Source: Balanoglossus misakiensis
Lineage: Eukaryota; Animalia; Hemichordata
NCBI GenBank assembly: GCA_040954595.2
Contig: CM082589.2
Span: 3,052,213-3,116,212 of the forward strand
DNA: 64,000 nt
Reading direction: 5' to 3'
Part shown: positions 14,801 to 29,800 of the stretch, piece after piece
Numbering within the stretch: position 1 is the stretch's first letter
How the letters are laid out: each line of letters begins with the position of its first letter
Program-made: the position numbers and the translations under genes
The notes under the pieces: model-generated
The model's database searches: none
What the model was told of the DNA's origin: nothing
Seen by the model: the letters and a program-made list of their open reading frames with translations, nothing else

Positions 14801-17800
14801 CTTTGACCCTGACTGTCGCTGATGACAGATCCCAACCTGAAATGGGTGGAATTTTTGATGTGTATGTGTGAGAAATATTGTACAGGGAATGATGGCTGAT
14901 TAAACTGGCTTCGGTTTATTGGAAACAGTATATTTTTTTGCGCGAATAGTCTGCAGTACTAAAAAGACGAATGGCAGTTTATGCTAAAAAGTCGTTAGCT
15001 TTACTCGTAAAATGTCCATTTCAAACCGGGTCAACCAGTGACCCAGAAAACAATGCATATCATGGCGAGTTCCACCCACACATCTCAGAACTGTAGAAGT
15101 ACCAACAAATTTTCCAGACTCTGTCATGCATGAGGTTTCTATGTTGAAATATCGGTATATTTCCTGCAGCTTGTGTTTTGAATTGATGGAGCCCATGTCA
15201 CAAATTATGAGTGTTCCTTTCCATAGCACGTGGGCGTTTGATGTTGATGTAATCAATTTCATTGAAATGGACACGCCCGTTAATTACTGATGTATGGCGA
15301 TTGATCATGACTCTACCTAGTTTGTTTGGGTGTGTGACCCGACACAATAGTATAATACTATAGAGCAACGTGCTAGTTTCCACAGGTCACTTCTGTTATG
15401 TATTTCGAATGCCGTGGATGTTTATACAACAGGAAACCAGGCTGACATCAACTGTTGTATCAGGCATAAGTCAGTGAGTGGGTCACTGCTAGGTTTCAAT
15501 AAAGGTGACAGCCATATTGATTATAAAACACGACTAATCCAGTTTCACTGGAAAACCATTCGCAGCTGCTGCCGAAACCAGGAAAATGTAAATAATTACC
15601 AGGTATTATATAAATAGAACACACCCATGCATTGGCAACCTGTATAAATGCTGAAAAGCTCAATTAATGGCTTGCAACAAACGAACAGAATCATTGGGCA
15701 ATGACCTCCTATTCACACTTGTTGTAATCCGATTTTAATAACCTTGACCTACATAGAGCGAGGCCACAGATAATTCACAAAGGATGCTTAGTGGTGGAAG
15801 CATTTTCTCTCCAACGGCGGCATAATACATTGTACCAGCCCCATTTTCTCTCAAACACCAGCTATGTATATATATGCGTGTAGGACGTGACGAAATTTCA
15901 CTAGGTGACCCTTAACCCTTGAACTTTGCCCTCAGGAAGCAGAAATCGACAAAAAAGCGCTGCTCTGGTAATTTTACAGTGCACTTGTGTAAGAGGCATT
16001 GATATGTTAAGAACTGTGATTGAGTGGCTTGCAATTTAAGTGACCTTGAAAGCTATTCTCCTACTTTGGACAATATGTAAATGTACTGTCTGCCGATGGA
16101 TTCCGGAAAGTGAAATGTGGCGAAGGTTAAAAGGAAAACGAGGTATGTGACACGGAGTGAGCATTCTGAGTCAGCCATATCTGATATGTAAACAAGTGCA
16201 TAGCCATAAATAATACAGTGTACATACTAACTGCTTTCCTGCCAACTCTTTCAAACAGAAATTTCCATATTCTCCAACGTCGGCATTTTCCCTCCTCGGG
16301 TGTTAATTCCCACCGAAAGCGTTGAATTAATCTGTTGTTTTCAGATTATTGTTTGTAGCTGTGTGACACATCAAAATGTGTGAATTATTTTTCTAGTTCC
16401 TGCTAAAATTTTGAGGAATTTTGCAGATCATACAGACGCGTGTTGTGGACTATGTTTGGGCGGGTGGGTGAAGTTGCATGATATCATCTCACTAAATAGA
16501 GACTGAGACTTTGCCCCTGTAAGTTGAAGTAGTTTCACAAGCTGCTCGGAGTGTCAGGGTTTATGATGTCTATGTCGGTTTATATCCCAATCACAATCAC
16601 CGTCTGTCGTAAAAGACATTAGAAATTGACCCAGGGAAATTGACCGTACTTGGATACCAACGCAAACTCTGTCGGTTGGTTGGTTGATTACCGTGACCTG
16701 TGCAAGTTTTTGCTTCCCTGTTCTTTGGATTGGAGGATCACCATTATTCAACTTGTGTTATTGAGTTAATTGGAAGTTCCATGTATTAGACCTGATACAT
16801 GCACTGTTCCTGTTGCCCAGGTGTGCTATGCATCAATTGAATTCAACAAATTTACCATTCATACAAATATATAGCACATTAGAAATTTGTTATCACATTA
16901 CAAATAATTGTGTATCAATGTAGGCCAACAGTGCATACTTTAGAGTAATCTCTTCAAAAGATTGACAAGGGAATACTAATAATAAAGGTAGAACAGATGT
17001 GGGATTATTTATCTCTGAACTAAATTCTGACCAAGCCGTTTGTGGCCAAATGTGACCCAATTTCTTTTGATTGTCATAGAACACCATGCCAGATCAATAT
17101 TGATAATACAGTTAGTGTACACACACATACTAAACAAGGTACAATAACACTGCTATCTGATACGATCCTGCTCAAAATATTTAATTGCAAATGCAATAAA
17201 TTGCAGAATGAAAAGAAGAGGTTTGTGAAATTAAAACTGATATATTAAAAAAGGCAGTGAATCTAGAATTAGTTTTAAAAAAGTGTTGTCAAAAATGGCG
17301 GGCAATCCAGGGGTTTCTAAATGACTTTATGAACCCTGTAGTGCTATCGTTCAAACCATATGCAGCAGACAGATAAATATAGCAATTCTATCAAGAAAAG
17401 TGACAGCCCACATACTTCCAGATACAATATTGTAGCATGTCTATACATAGTTCTATCATGGCTTTATGCCAGTTCAGAGTCCTAGGGAAGTTTAATTGAA
17501 TACACATCTGTGTGTTTGTATCCGCGCTGTCAATCATTATTTATGACTGGAAGTAGAGTTCCTTTATTCCCCCTCTCTTCCCGTTCGTCGCTGTTCGCGG
17601 CAGTGTCACTGTGTATCAGGAATGACACATCCGGAAAACAGGGCATCTTCATGTACACTTTGTTCACTTCCTGTATCTTGTGAAAGATGCCTGTGACTGT
17701 CTGAATGTATTTTTCCATATTCAGGATCTCTACAGTGCCTGTTTGGTAGCTTCGAGTGAAAGTATTTAGCTAAGAGAGAGAACTGCAACATTCTGTATGG

Positions 17801-20800
17801 TCTTACAGTCATATTCGTGCAAGTTGCAAATGTTGACAAACACCCACATACATCAGTGATGATACATATCTCTCTTGTTCAATTGCGTTACACCCATCTT
17901 TTATGAGTATGCTGCATTGGTTAGAAAGATACATGTACTTAATATCATACCCCGATTTTCACCTTGCCATATTTTTTCAACAGGTTCCTCCTGCACTATT
18001 CTTTTTTAACAAATCTCTGGCTGAGCCAAACTTTGTGTGGAGGCTATCTTTCTCAGTCGCCGCTGTGGCCGGCAGACATCTCTTGTGTGACAATTGAATT
18101 GAACTCGCAAATCTCTCGTGCGATAGATGGGAGTATGAAGAAGTCCAGCTTCCGGTCTCGCTTTTGGCGTGTGGGACGTAGTGCAACTCTGCCACCTGAG
18201 CTGGAGAGACGAAGTACTTACTTTTGTCAAATTTTACCCTCTGAAGGGTGATTTCTTAAAAAGAGCATCTTTGCCGTTGTTTTTTTGTTTTGTTATTTGG
18301 TCAAAGCTACCATCCTTCAGCATCACATCGCAGCATTCCATGTCAAAACAAATGCAGCGAGGCAAAGTAAGACATTTCCATAAAATGCCAATATTTGACT
18401 CAACAGGAATCACCCTTCAGACTGACCATCACTACCTAAACAGACTCAAAGTTCCAGCTCTCTTGGAAATTACATTGATGAGCAAAATAGAAGTTTGAAT
18501 CTGTTTTAAGTATAAAGTTTAGAGAAAAGTTGCACCGGGTAACAGGAAGGCGTGGTTAGTACACGAATGCCGAAGTACCATCCACACCAATAATAAAGTC
18601 ACTTTTATTAAAATATCATCACATGTCCTGCTAAAATGTCAAATATCATATCCAACATTGCATAGATGACTACTGCTCATATCATGGTTTCATTGTCATT
18701 AGTTAGCGGTTAATATTATCAACATTAAATTTAATCACTGCATGTTAGATTTCATTCTCATTGTTCTGTCCCACTTCAACATATTTTGTGAAAGCCATAT
18801 CTTTGTTCATTTTCCTGGCAAATATGTACACCATCAGTATCAAACTCATGTACACACTACACAGTAAATAAGCACAGTGTAAAAGTACATGAGAAACTAT
18901 GTATGCTACATATATTATTAACTCTTCTGTGATCTCAATACATGTACTAGGCATGATTTGCCCATAACATTTGCATGGCGCATCTGTATTGATAATGACA
19001 TTGGGTATATCGGATATTCTTTCATGATCAGATGGCATTCGTGTATGTGCCACTAGCCTGCTACTAGAACTTGCCTATGTGGGGGTGGGGTAGGGGGTTG
19101 TGGTTCATCAGCGGTGAGGTTTGAAACTGCATGCCGGTTTTGGTGTGACAACTTAAATGCAAGTGTTTCCAGACATGGTGAGCATGGTGTTTTCACGTTT
19201 TGGTGGGACGCTTGCTCCATCCATGATTGGCTTGGTCTTTTCTTGGTTTAATAAATAATAAATTGTGGCATTGCAGCTTTTACTGATAGTGTTACTCCAC
19301 CATATGCTCTGTGATGTTATGGTAACTCTACAGCACTACTCCCCTACGACACCCACAGTACACAATTTCAACCACTGTACTGAGCACTGTTACACCAAGT
19401 TACATCATACATGTATACTGACTGAACCTACAAAGCCCCCAGAAAAAACAACACACACTGACACACAGATGTCTTTTTCTGATAGAATGAAAACCTGTGC
19501 AGATGTGTCTAACATTTTAGGTATTACATATAGTGTTGCATAAATTAAATATGGCTGACAGGTCATCATCACAATACTGACAAGTTTATTTCCTGTGATT
19601 GTCAAATGTACATTTAAAAGACAGGGGTGATATGGTTAGACCAGCAACTATGACCCAGGCCTGATGTGTCGCACACGTCATACATGTACCACACAGTTCA
19701 ACGACTGGTCTTCCACAGTTGCCAATGATGCAAATCCAAAACAATGGCCAACACACTGTACCCTGACCTCTGACCCCAACATGAAGGACATCCTAATGTT
19801 TTGTTACCCTCTTTCCCTTTACTAACTCTTGACAACTCTTTCCTTTGAGTTTGCAGTGTTAGTGTTCACCTTCATTTATCAGTGCCATTTGAATTGACAT
19901 ATGTTCATGTCAGATGTTGTCATGTTTGCTTTGTTTGTGAGAGAGAAAGGAGAGAGGGAAAGAAAAAGAAACTCAATGAGACTCCCAGCAGGTTCTAAAT
20001 GGGGAGAGACAGTTTACAAGTGAAGGGACAATATGCATGAACGCAGATAAAATGCATTATTGACAGAATTTTCAATGATCACTATAATGTGTGTGGAGAG
20101 AGAGAGAAATGGTGTATGTACTAGGGTATTAAAGTTTGTAATGTATGTATAACTGTATATGTACTGGTGTGTATGTAATTTATGTACCGGTATATGAGAA
20201 ACTGACAAAGAAATTGACAGTGAAACATGATTGAATCTGTCTAAGCTGAATTCATATAACAAAACTATACATGACCTGTTTGTTTTTATGTACATGTATT
20301 ACTTTTTAAGGTGTAAGACATAACAATTTCAGTCTTTTACTGATCATCTAATGTATGTCATTTATTGACACGCATTGATTGTGCACGTAATCATCGAACA
20401 CTTCACTCTTATAGACTTACAGAATTCACAACGCTAATAAAACTGACTAAAGTCCACCCCATGACACAAATAAAACTTATTCCAACCCACTTCACAACAT
20501 CCAATAACAATTTTGTGGAATAACGTTACTGATTTGCACTGGTACTTCTTGGGATGGTATGGTGTTCATCTATGTGTGAGATGTATGGAGTGAATTTCGT
20601 GTTATCTATGACATCGTTACAAATGGAAATATTTAATATTATTATTAAATAGAAATAAGGGCTATAACCCTATGATCTTTTCATAGCCAATATATTTCTG
20701 CTGCACTCTGCTATCATTGCACTTCACTGAATTGTGTTCCTTTTGGCTCACCTAGGTGGCGATGCAAGCAGAGACGATATGAAAGGAGCCATTGCCAAAG

Positions 20801-23800
20801 TGCAAGGGCCCAGCACTCCGCCAGTTGAGAGGAAAAGTAAATTTCCATCCATTAGTCGTTTGTTCAAACCGTGGAAATGGAAGAGGAAGAAGAAGACGAC
20901 GTCGGAAAAATTTCATCAGACACAAATCAGTAAGTGTTTAGACTTTACTGTCTCTACTGAGATTGGGGTAGACATCAGCCATCTGTTCACAGCACTGGAT
21001 ACAGTCAGAATTTACATCCTGAACAGTCCAGTAATATCAGGCCTCATTCAGACCTGTCCATTTTTAACACCTTGACAAATTTTTCCAGCATTTTCTCCTG
21101 TAAATCAGCATGTTTTTACCAATAACTCATTCCTATAAAAATTATCCAGAATGAATTCTTTTTTTTTGCTTCCTAACATAGTAATGCACGTTTTTTTGTG
21201 TTACCACTAACCTAACAGTAGCCTTTTTTATTTTTTTGTTAATTCTAAGCTATTGAGAGGAAGATTTCCATGAGAGCAACAAAGGAAGAACTCATCCAGA
21301 AAGGTGTATTGAATCCTGGTGAGTGTAACCCCCCTCCCCCCTCCCCTCTGATGCCATAACCCCCTCTCTGATTCTACAATAACGACCCACCCCCTCTGAT
21401 GTTACAACTTACAACCACAACCCCCTCCCCTCTGATAGTACAACCATGGCAACCATCTGCTCATGCTTATAGGTGCATTGTACATGTAGAACGCCACCTA
21501 TTGGTCACCCTGATAGCACTGTCCGTAGGTCACCCTTCTACACCAGACATGAAATCAGACGCCGTGTCACTTACAAGATCATTTATAAAGGGCACATCTT
21601 CTTTATCAGTTTTGTCTTCACAGTTTCACCCCCACGTCTGGTCTCATATTTCAGTACATGTTTAAAAATAGCATTAGCAGTAATTGCAATAAATTCAGGA
21701 ATTAAAATTCATAAATTCAAAATTGCATCATGTCTGTGTGTGCTGCCATGTTGCCTAAATTGAGTTGCTCTGATCCTAAAATATGTTGAATGAGAGGATA
21801 GTTGTCAAAGCTTACAAAGCTGGGATCTTCTACTGAAAATGGAAAGTAGAATTGGAAACATCAGGTGTTTCTGACAGATGTACAAAGCAGTCACTTAGGG
21901 GCTCTCAGACCCCCCCCCCCCCCTCCGCAAGGCAATTGGTAATCCCTTAGCCTTGGCAGCATCCTTGTGTAGAAAGTACGGAGAGTGAGTGTCACCATAG
22001 GGTTATTGCTCTGCTAGTCACACGATGGAAAGTAGAATGTTTTATGTCTTTCCCCCGAAGTAAGACCCACTACATGTACTTAGACTGTTGACTTGTGTGT
22101 TTAGCCAGGAGGATCCTTTGCTACATAAATAACCTACCAACCATGTTTTGTGAAAGAGTCATCATCCACTGACGTCAAATCATGGTGATTAACTAGGGTA
22201 GGCACCCCCAGGTCTAGTCGCCCACATCATGTGAACTTGTCCCACTCATTATCAGTTTCAAAATATGAGTGGCGCCCCCTGTTGGAGACACATTGACTAT
22301 ATAGGCTCTCTCTGAAATCAACGCAAGGCAGATTGTTATTCCAACGGATATATACATTACACTCTCCGTCGCTCATCGAAGCTGACGACGTTTGATGATT
22401 TTTTTTTCACCGGAAAAAATTCTGACTACAGAGAGGACGGCCACACATGGGTGTTGTGTTTCATATCACTGAGGCTAAAGAGATTCAATAGGGTATCGTT
22501 TCATGTAAGTTATTTTTCCTATCTTGTTCCATGCCAAGAATGCAGTCAAGTTGCCGGATGTGTGCTTATACTAGGGGCTTTCACAGTGTGTTCAGTTCAT
22601 GTCACATCTCTCCGGCAAATATCCACCAAGCCATTGTTACTGTTTTTATTGAGGTAAACAACTCGCCCAAAACGTATACCTCTGTCATCTACGTTCTTCT
22701 CTAACTTGATAGAAAAAAATCAGAGCTGAACAGAGAATTGCATCTTGAGTTTATCATGGTAACATGTTATTCTAAATGACTCAAAAGCCACAGTCTGCCA
22801 TATGTTATATGTTGATAGATGCGTTTTTTCTATCATTTATCATAAATGCACATTATTGAAAATGAATTTCTCTGTCTGTTTGCCATCTGGCTTCATAACT
22901 CCGAGACTCTCTCTGTAATATGAGATAGATACAGGTTTAATCCTTTCATTGAAATTTGCCAATCATTTATTTTCCCAGGCTGATTGTGTTTTGCAGGCCT
23001 GTAGAGTGCGTTGCCCCCTGAAATTATAATTTCCCTGTCGGATTGTAAGCTTTCCATGTGATGGATTAGAGCATTAGAGCAATTCAAGTGAGGCTGTAAA
23101 ATGAAAAAGAGAAAAACGAACAGAGGAATATCGACCTTGTTGATACTCCCCAAGCAGAAACTAGATTTTCTCCAACAAGCAAATTTCCAAGAAACAGTCT
23201 CTCCTGAAAATGTTCTCTTCGTTTAGTTTTTATCAGAAAGGATTATTGAAAATCGAGACATAAATTCTGATGATTACAGTCAATTTGTAGTGAATGCTGG
23301 ATGTGATTCTGGATATCATTGTGACATGTTCGTTTTAAATTCTCAGGTGTGTTATTTGTTAGAATGAAACGCTGGCAACATGTCTTTAGAATTGGACATT
23401 TCCTTCGGGGGTGTTCAGGCGTTTAAAGTGAAATTTCCTTGTATTAACTGTGACAGTAACCAAGAGTAACCTTTCATTTCTCTGTGACTCAAGTTCACAG
23501 TATAAAAAACGAACACATGCCTGTTTGAAATTCCTACCTGAAGGTCACAGGTCCCTTAAGTAATCTCAGGGACTTGACAAAAAAAAGAGAAAAATTTGTC
23601 AAACTGAACTGCGTAGTTTGAAGAGTGTTTTGTTTGCTAGCCGAATACTACATGACGGTGGCCCCTAAGCGTATCATAGCTTCAGTGAACAGTGGCCGTG
23701 TTTATTTATAGTTATCCTCCCTCGCAAGAGTGATGCTGCCTATGTATGCGCAATAACCGTCCTGTTATTTGAGACTTCTCGCCAATAATTCATCACCCGT

Positions 23801-26800
23801 GTGGATGAGTGCCGATTTGTCCCATCTTCAATTCTGCCCCACATATGAACTAGTCCACGGCTGTACATAGCCAGTGCGACATTACCGTGATGTTGGAGAC
23901 TTGGAGACGGATAGACCTGCAGAGTTGATTATTGTGTACGGCAGAGTCAGTTCAATATGCCGCGGTTGAATATATAGATACCAGTGTGTTTTGATGACAC
24001 TGTCAGGTGGTATCCGATGACAGCCTTGACAGGATCGTCGCAACAACACATCTCCCCATGCAACAATCTGTTTACTTCATCACTTCGCTGGCAGTACCGG
24101 TACTCATTTGAAAATGTCAGTGCATCTATCCCCTCCCACCACCTTTTGTTTTTGTCAACAAGTACATGCACAAATCCTTGACCATAAACCAGGATAACTT
24201 TCAAATGCTTGTGACCAGAAATCAGTAGACTTTATCAAAGCATTAAAAACAAGCCCTGTTATCTATAGTTCATTGCTTGAACCCTTGGTCACTCATGGCA
24301 AAGTGCTTTTTCTACGCCAATAAAAAAATATGCTGGCTGATCAAATTGTGCCTGAAAGTTGAAAATACCCTGTAATGCTACCAACATTATAAAGTATATT
24401 TTTAGGCTTAAAGAGCCACACCCTGTGCTTGTATAACCCACCTTAATTACTAAAATTAGAAATTTAAAATTGCAAAATTGGTTTCTCATATGTTTATTTA
24501 TAGAGACAGTGCATATATTGTGATGCTCAAATTTCATTTCTGCGATTAGTCAAAATCTTGATAGTTGTGTGGATTTCAGAAATAACTTGTCGACTTTTGG
24601 GGGGATTGATTTGAGGAAGAAATTAAATGAAGCAACAGGTTTCCACGTATACAGTTACCAATTTTAAATGTGCCACAGGTCATTCGTGCAGCTCGGCTAC
24701 TTTGCTTTCAAATGTGTCCTTGAAAATGAATTTTCAAGGAAAACAAGGTAATTTACACTATTAAAGTGGAACGTTGTGATCCGTTTTTGAGCCAATTCTG
24801 CGAAATGCGATTAAAAAGTACTATGAAAAACGTTGGTTTCATTCACTTTCACTTACGCATAACAGAGCTACAGCCAGCCAAAAACTGCGCGAACCCGGAA
24901 GTGAGTGACGTCAGCAACTCGTTGGAGCGAGCTTATGCTTATACACGCCTGCACTCACGCGACCGACGACGTTAGCATGGCAACATATTCTCGGGTAGTA
25001 GGCTACAATTTTGAACCAGAGATTCCCTTCTACGACCAAGCGACTGAATTTTACAGAGGACAAAAGTTCATGCAGTTCTGATCTCCGATGTGTCCCGTTT
25101 GTCAAGGCTTACACTTGGTGTGGTTTCAGTGAAACCATAGACCCTAGAGTCTATGGTGAAACAGACAATGCTGCAATTAAACAATACCCTCCCTCGTTGT
25201 TGTCTCTCCCTCGTTGTCACCTTTTCGAACCACTTTTCTTACAAAAATACTTAGTCACCTTTTATGGAGTTGAAAAGAACGCAGGTGCATCGTCCTGCTC
25301 TCCAGGTGTAGTACGTCCGTAGTATAATGGAAGCCAATACTATAGTTATTGTATGCATGTTTCGTCTCTTGAAATGTATTAAAACTGCCCTTTTTAGTTG
25401 CTTTCATTTGATAACTATGCGATCGTCAATAAATGGAAATTAAACCCAAATACGTGTACCAAAAAACGTGCAGGAAGGATTTAAAACGGTACGTTTATTA
25501 TTATCAGCGGCAGTTAGAACAACTTTGTATAGGCCTTACGGTTTGTTCATAAACGTCGACATGCATGGCATCATGGACATTGCAGGGTCTATGTCTGCAC
25601 GCATCGACAAATACAATACACGAAGAGCATTGCCTTTGAAAGAAACTTATCCCCGTCGATTTTCCGAATATGTTTTTAAAATCATGAACTTGACATTTCG
25701 CCATGTCAGATCCGCGCAAAATGTGTCTGTTTATTGGAAATGACACGTCGAACGTGTAAGTTGCTGACGTCACTGTAGTATTTTCAACGCGCGTCTTCTG
25801 CTTGCGCAGGAAGTGAAAGTGAATTAACCCATCGGAACGTTGCCGTTTTTGACACCCGGTTTGTACTTTGAAGCCCAAAATTGAGGGTGTCGTTCCACTT
25901 TAAGTTACCTTCAACCGGTAATCATTGTTGTCTTCTGAAAGTTAGTTATACGTGTCTACATACTAAATTCTAGAATAGTTGAATTGTAGAAAGAAGTAAT
26001 TGTAGAAATTAATAGCAGGCCTTATACCAAGAAATGCTGTTTAGTTAGCTCAATATATTTTTTTCAGCAATTTTGCCTGTGGAACAAAATGATTGCTACG
26101 ATATTAATGATTCCTGCTTGCGGTCAATTGCGTGCATCATAGTCGTCTCTTTCCATAGTATGATGAAATTGACTCCAATGTCTACGTTAATGGGCCCCAA
26201 CTTAAATTACATTTTTGGTTTTAAGTAGTGCGGTATGATACAAATAGAACGCATAGTTTAGGATATTGGAAATCCCGCAATATGCGGAATGATGTTAGTT
26301 TTGCTCCGGAGAGGAAATACCAGTACAGTCAGTAGGCTTAACCCTTTCACCACCATGGTTCAGTCCAAATCCATTGTTTTCTATGGTAAGGTTGGACCTC
26401 TAAAGATGGAACTAGGGGTGATTTTCAGGAAGAGCCATTTTCTTTACAAATCTTATTTCTTTCTTTTCAGATGAATACGAAGACGCCAACAATATACCTC
26501 CAGGTTCAGTGAGGGCTGCTTCCTCAGTAATTACAGACAAGCCACAAGACAAAACTGCCAATAGTATTACACCACAGTCATCCACAAACACCACTACAAC
26601 TACGGTTCATATTGCAACCCCACCACCCCTTCCAGAGAAGCGAGGTAAGCCAAACATATTCTGCACATAGCAGGTTAAAGACAAGCAGACAAGTGACCAG
26701 GGCAGTGATAGAACACAGTGTCTGTGACTTTGCCAACAGACCACAACTCTATGTCAGACAGTGGACCTCGTCAGATGATATCAAATATGCAGAATTAATT

Positions 26801-29800
26801 CCTGTGGACACAAGCTGCACTAAATAAGTGGTAGCAATATAATGTTCTAGTCAGATGCCATCGTCATTTTGTTAGTAAAATTATGACCAGATACTAAAAC
26901 AACCACACAAAAAGGCTGGCCACTCTCATTCCAGCTGGCCAGTGCAAGTTATGCAAGGTCCAGTCTATAAACATTTACAGTTCTCTGTTAATGGTACAAG
27001 TGTAACTAATAAAGTACGGTGACTTCAGCACCATATGTACATGTATTTTGTACTCAAAGTTTATACATATGTCCCTGAGTGTAGCTCTGATATTTTTAGA
27101 GGTCATATTTGTTGCTGTTTTGCAATACCACAGCATCGAGGCATCCTGTATTAATCTCACCACTATGTAATTGGTTTAATAACACATAAATAGTTCGGTC
27201 TGCAGAGGTCACAACCTTAACCTGCCAAGCTGATACCAACAGGCTTACTCAGGCCATCTCAATTAAATTACTCTTTGATCCAATTTCACATTTTCAAGGC
27301 TGATATCGTCATTAGAATCCCATTCATGGGAGCCTATATCTGAAATGTGGCTTCCCTCCACGCTAATGCAAATTAAAGAAAAAATCATGATTCACTTCTA
27401 GAATCTGTTAGGTTTCATATCTCTGTGTTGTTCTGTTATATATGAATTATGGGATTCATTTAAAGTTTGAATTATGGGACTCATCTAAAAGATGGCTGGA
27501 ATGTTGTCTGAGAGACTGTGCATCGATCAACAAAATAGATAGATATGTAATATATATTCATCAACATGGCATCTGAAGTGAAATGATGGCCCCCAAAAAT
27601 GTATATAGCTTCTAATCCTAAGATAAAATGATGCATGTTCTGTACATTGAATTTGATTGCAATCTCCATAAACTTCATCACTTACATGTATATCACGAAG
27701 TTGCAGACTTGAATACTGAAAGGGGATAAAAACCTTAAATTTATAAGTTTTATCTAATGATGAAACGATAAAGAGCTAAATTTTATATTTCACTTCATGT
27801 TAAAATCACACACAATACCAGTATTTTACAACAAGATGATTGATTTGAGACTGTAGAGCATTTTGATATATTTACCTATGAGTTTTATGCTTGCAGAAAA
27901 CCTTTCTTTATCCAGAGGGCATGCTTCTGAATAATTTACAGTTTCAGAATACGTATACCTTACATCATTAAACGCATATCAGAAAGTGTTTCCATGGTGA
28001 TGCATTGATGATGAAGTTATTTGATAGATGAAAAAGAAACCGCTCGCTACTTTTGAAATCGATGTAATCATGCTTTTTCTGACAGAAATCTTCTAGTGAT
28101 AACAGAAATAGCAGTATCATATTGTGTCCAATATAAAGAACGAGTTTCTCAGAAAGGTCTTGTATTAAATCTGTTTTGGTATATGTTCAGTCATGTTTTT
28201 AAACCTAGCAATATACCAGAATTTAATCATCATCTGATCAGTTTTCTTTAAACCAACACAGGGAAACTTAATATCAGTAATGTAGAATGTCTCACTCTGG
28301 GAAAGTTCACATGGAACTGAAGAGCTGGGAATTCCTGATAAAAAAAAATCACTCACACCCAAAAGAAACCCTGAGTTATGTGATTTCAAGCAAAAGTGAC
28401 ATGTCTGTTTTGCAATTTTGATGAGGAAATTGATTGATTAGGTTGTTGATTTGTTTCGGTCATAAAAATATCCGTGTGTACTCTTATCAAGAATGACCCA
28501 GGAAATGACATCAGTGTTGTCGATCTCCATATTGGATACATAAACAGCCTTCCCTACCTACCTCTTTTCCTGAACTGTCAAAGTACTCATGACTTTTGGT
28601 GTCAGTCAGCAATTGTGACCTCAGTTTACAGACAATACATGCACATGGAAATAGAACTGTCGGTTTTGAATTTATTCTGTTTTTTTTTTCCCCAGGGAGT
28701 GAGAAATCAGAATCAACACCAGAGCAGGTTACAACAACCGCAGCTGAAGTTGGTGCAGGTGACGCTGACAACACAGCGCAGACAGGAAATCCTCCAACTG
28801 CAGCTGGAGCCGCAGCTGCTGCAGTCGCAGCGTCACAGAGTGAGACAGCAACGCACACTAGTGAACAAGGTAAAAGTCATTGATATTACCTATCAGAAAA
28901 ATATACATCAGTAATGTAGATAATAGCCGGTCACCGGTCAAAACGCCCGCCTGAACTTAGCATGTGGCTGCCCGTAATGTGACATTGACATACTGTTTAC
29001 ATGATTGACAGGTAACATGGGGAACACTACATCGGAAGACACCAAGGTAGACATCTCAGAAATGAACAAAGAGAATGAAGCACCAAATAGCTCAAGTCTC
29101 AATAAAGTCTCGGTATCAGGAGGGTACGTATACTGATTTTTGCTTGCTAGTCAACTGTTTATGTGTGACATTACCATGGAGACAGTCAGGAAAGGGTAAA
29201 AAAACTTGACTGATCAATATTTGTGTTTTTCTCTCTCCAGTGTGTCAATATTTAGCCCTGTCGTGATTGGCAAGTCACAAGTTGTCAACGGGGATATACA
29301 CAGGTTTGACAGCGATTCAGACGATGAACCTATTCTTTACAGAGATGACAGTGACAGTGAAGAAGAAAGTAAGTCTACTGCTCCCAATAATCCAGTCCTG
29401 ATAAGACGACTTTCCGGCATCTGCCAACACTGTGTCATTCCATAATCCAATGGATTACTGTGCTTTGGTATTGAATTGAAATGATGTGTTGGGAAAAGGT
29501 GTGAATTGGTCGCGAAATGAGACCAAGTTAGTACTACTAGTATCTTTGTATTTCAGGTGGCTTGGCAGCCAAAGTTAAGAGGAAAGATAGTCTAGCAATT
29601 AAACTACAAAATAGACCAAGTATGAAGGAACTAGTCAACAGGAATATTTTACCTGACAAAACTGAATCCGAGAAACGGCAAGACAAAAAGGCATTAGGGG
29701 CCAAGCTTGACAGGTGAGTTCATTTCATATGATGTGGAATTTTAAGGTCTTTTAACCCTCACTTCATCAATATTGTAGGACATTTCTACAGATTAAGGAC

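Noticed and set aside
274-20300. Dozens of 60-140 aa ORFs in the track
   Set aside because: Many start at GTG/TTG, have random composition and lie in introns; no family motifs.
22447-22510. Strong donor CAT|GTAAGT as a possible internal PHACTR first exon
   Set aside because: The frame compatible with exon 26471 has a TAG just upstream, so it is not a coding exon; a non-coding exon is not excluded.
24408-24440. TTAAAGAGCCACACCC as another transposon end
   Set aside because: No matching inverted end found nearby.
27444-27491. ~25-bp direct repeat (tgaattatggga.tcat.taaa) and homopolymer runs at ~21910 and ~31725
   Set aside because: Ordinary slippage products with no further structure.
20756-28869. 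Three PHACTR exons each exactly 174 nt, phase 1-1
   Set aside because: No sequence similarity among them; most likely coincidence.
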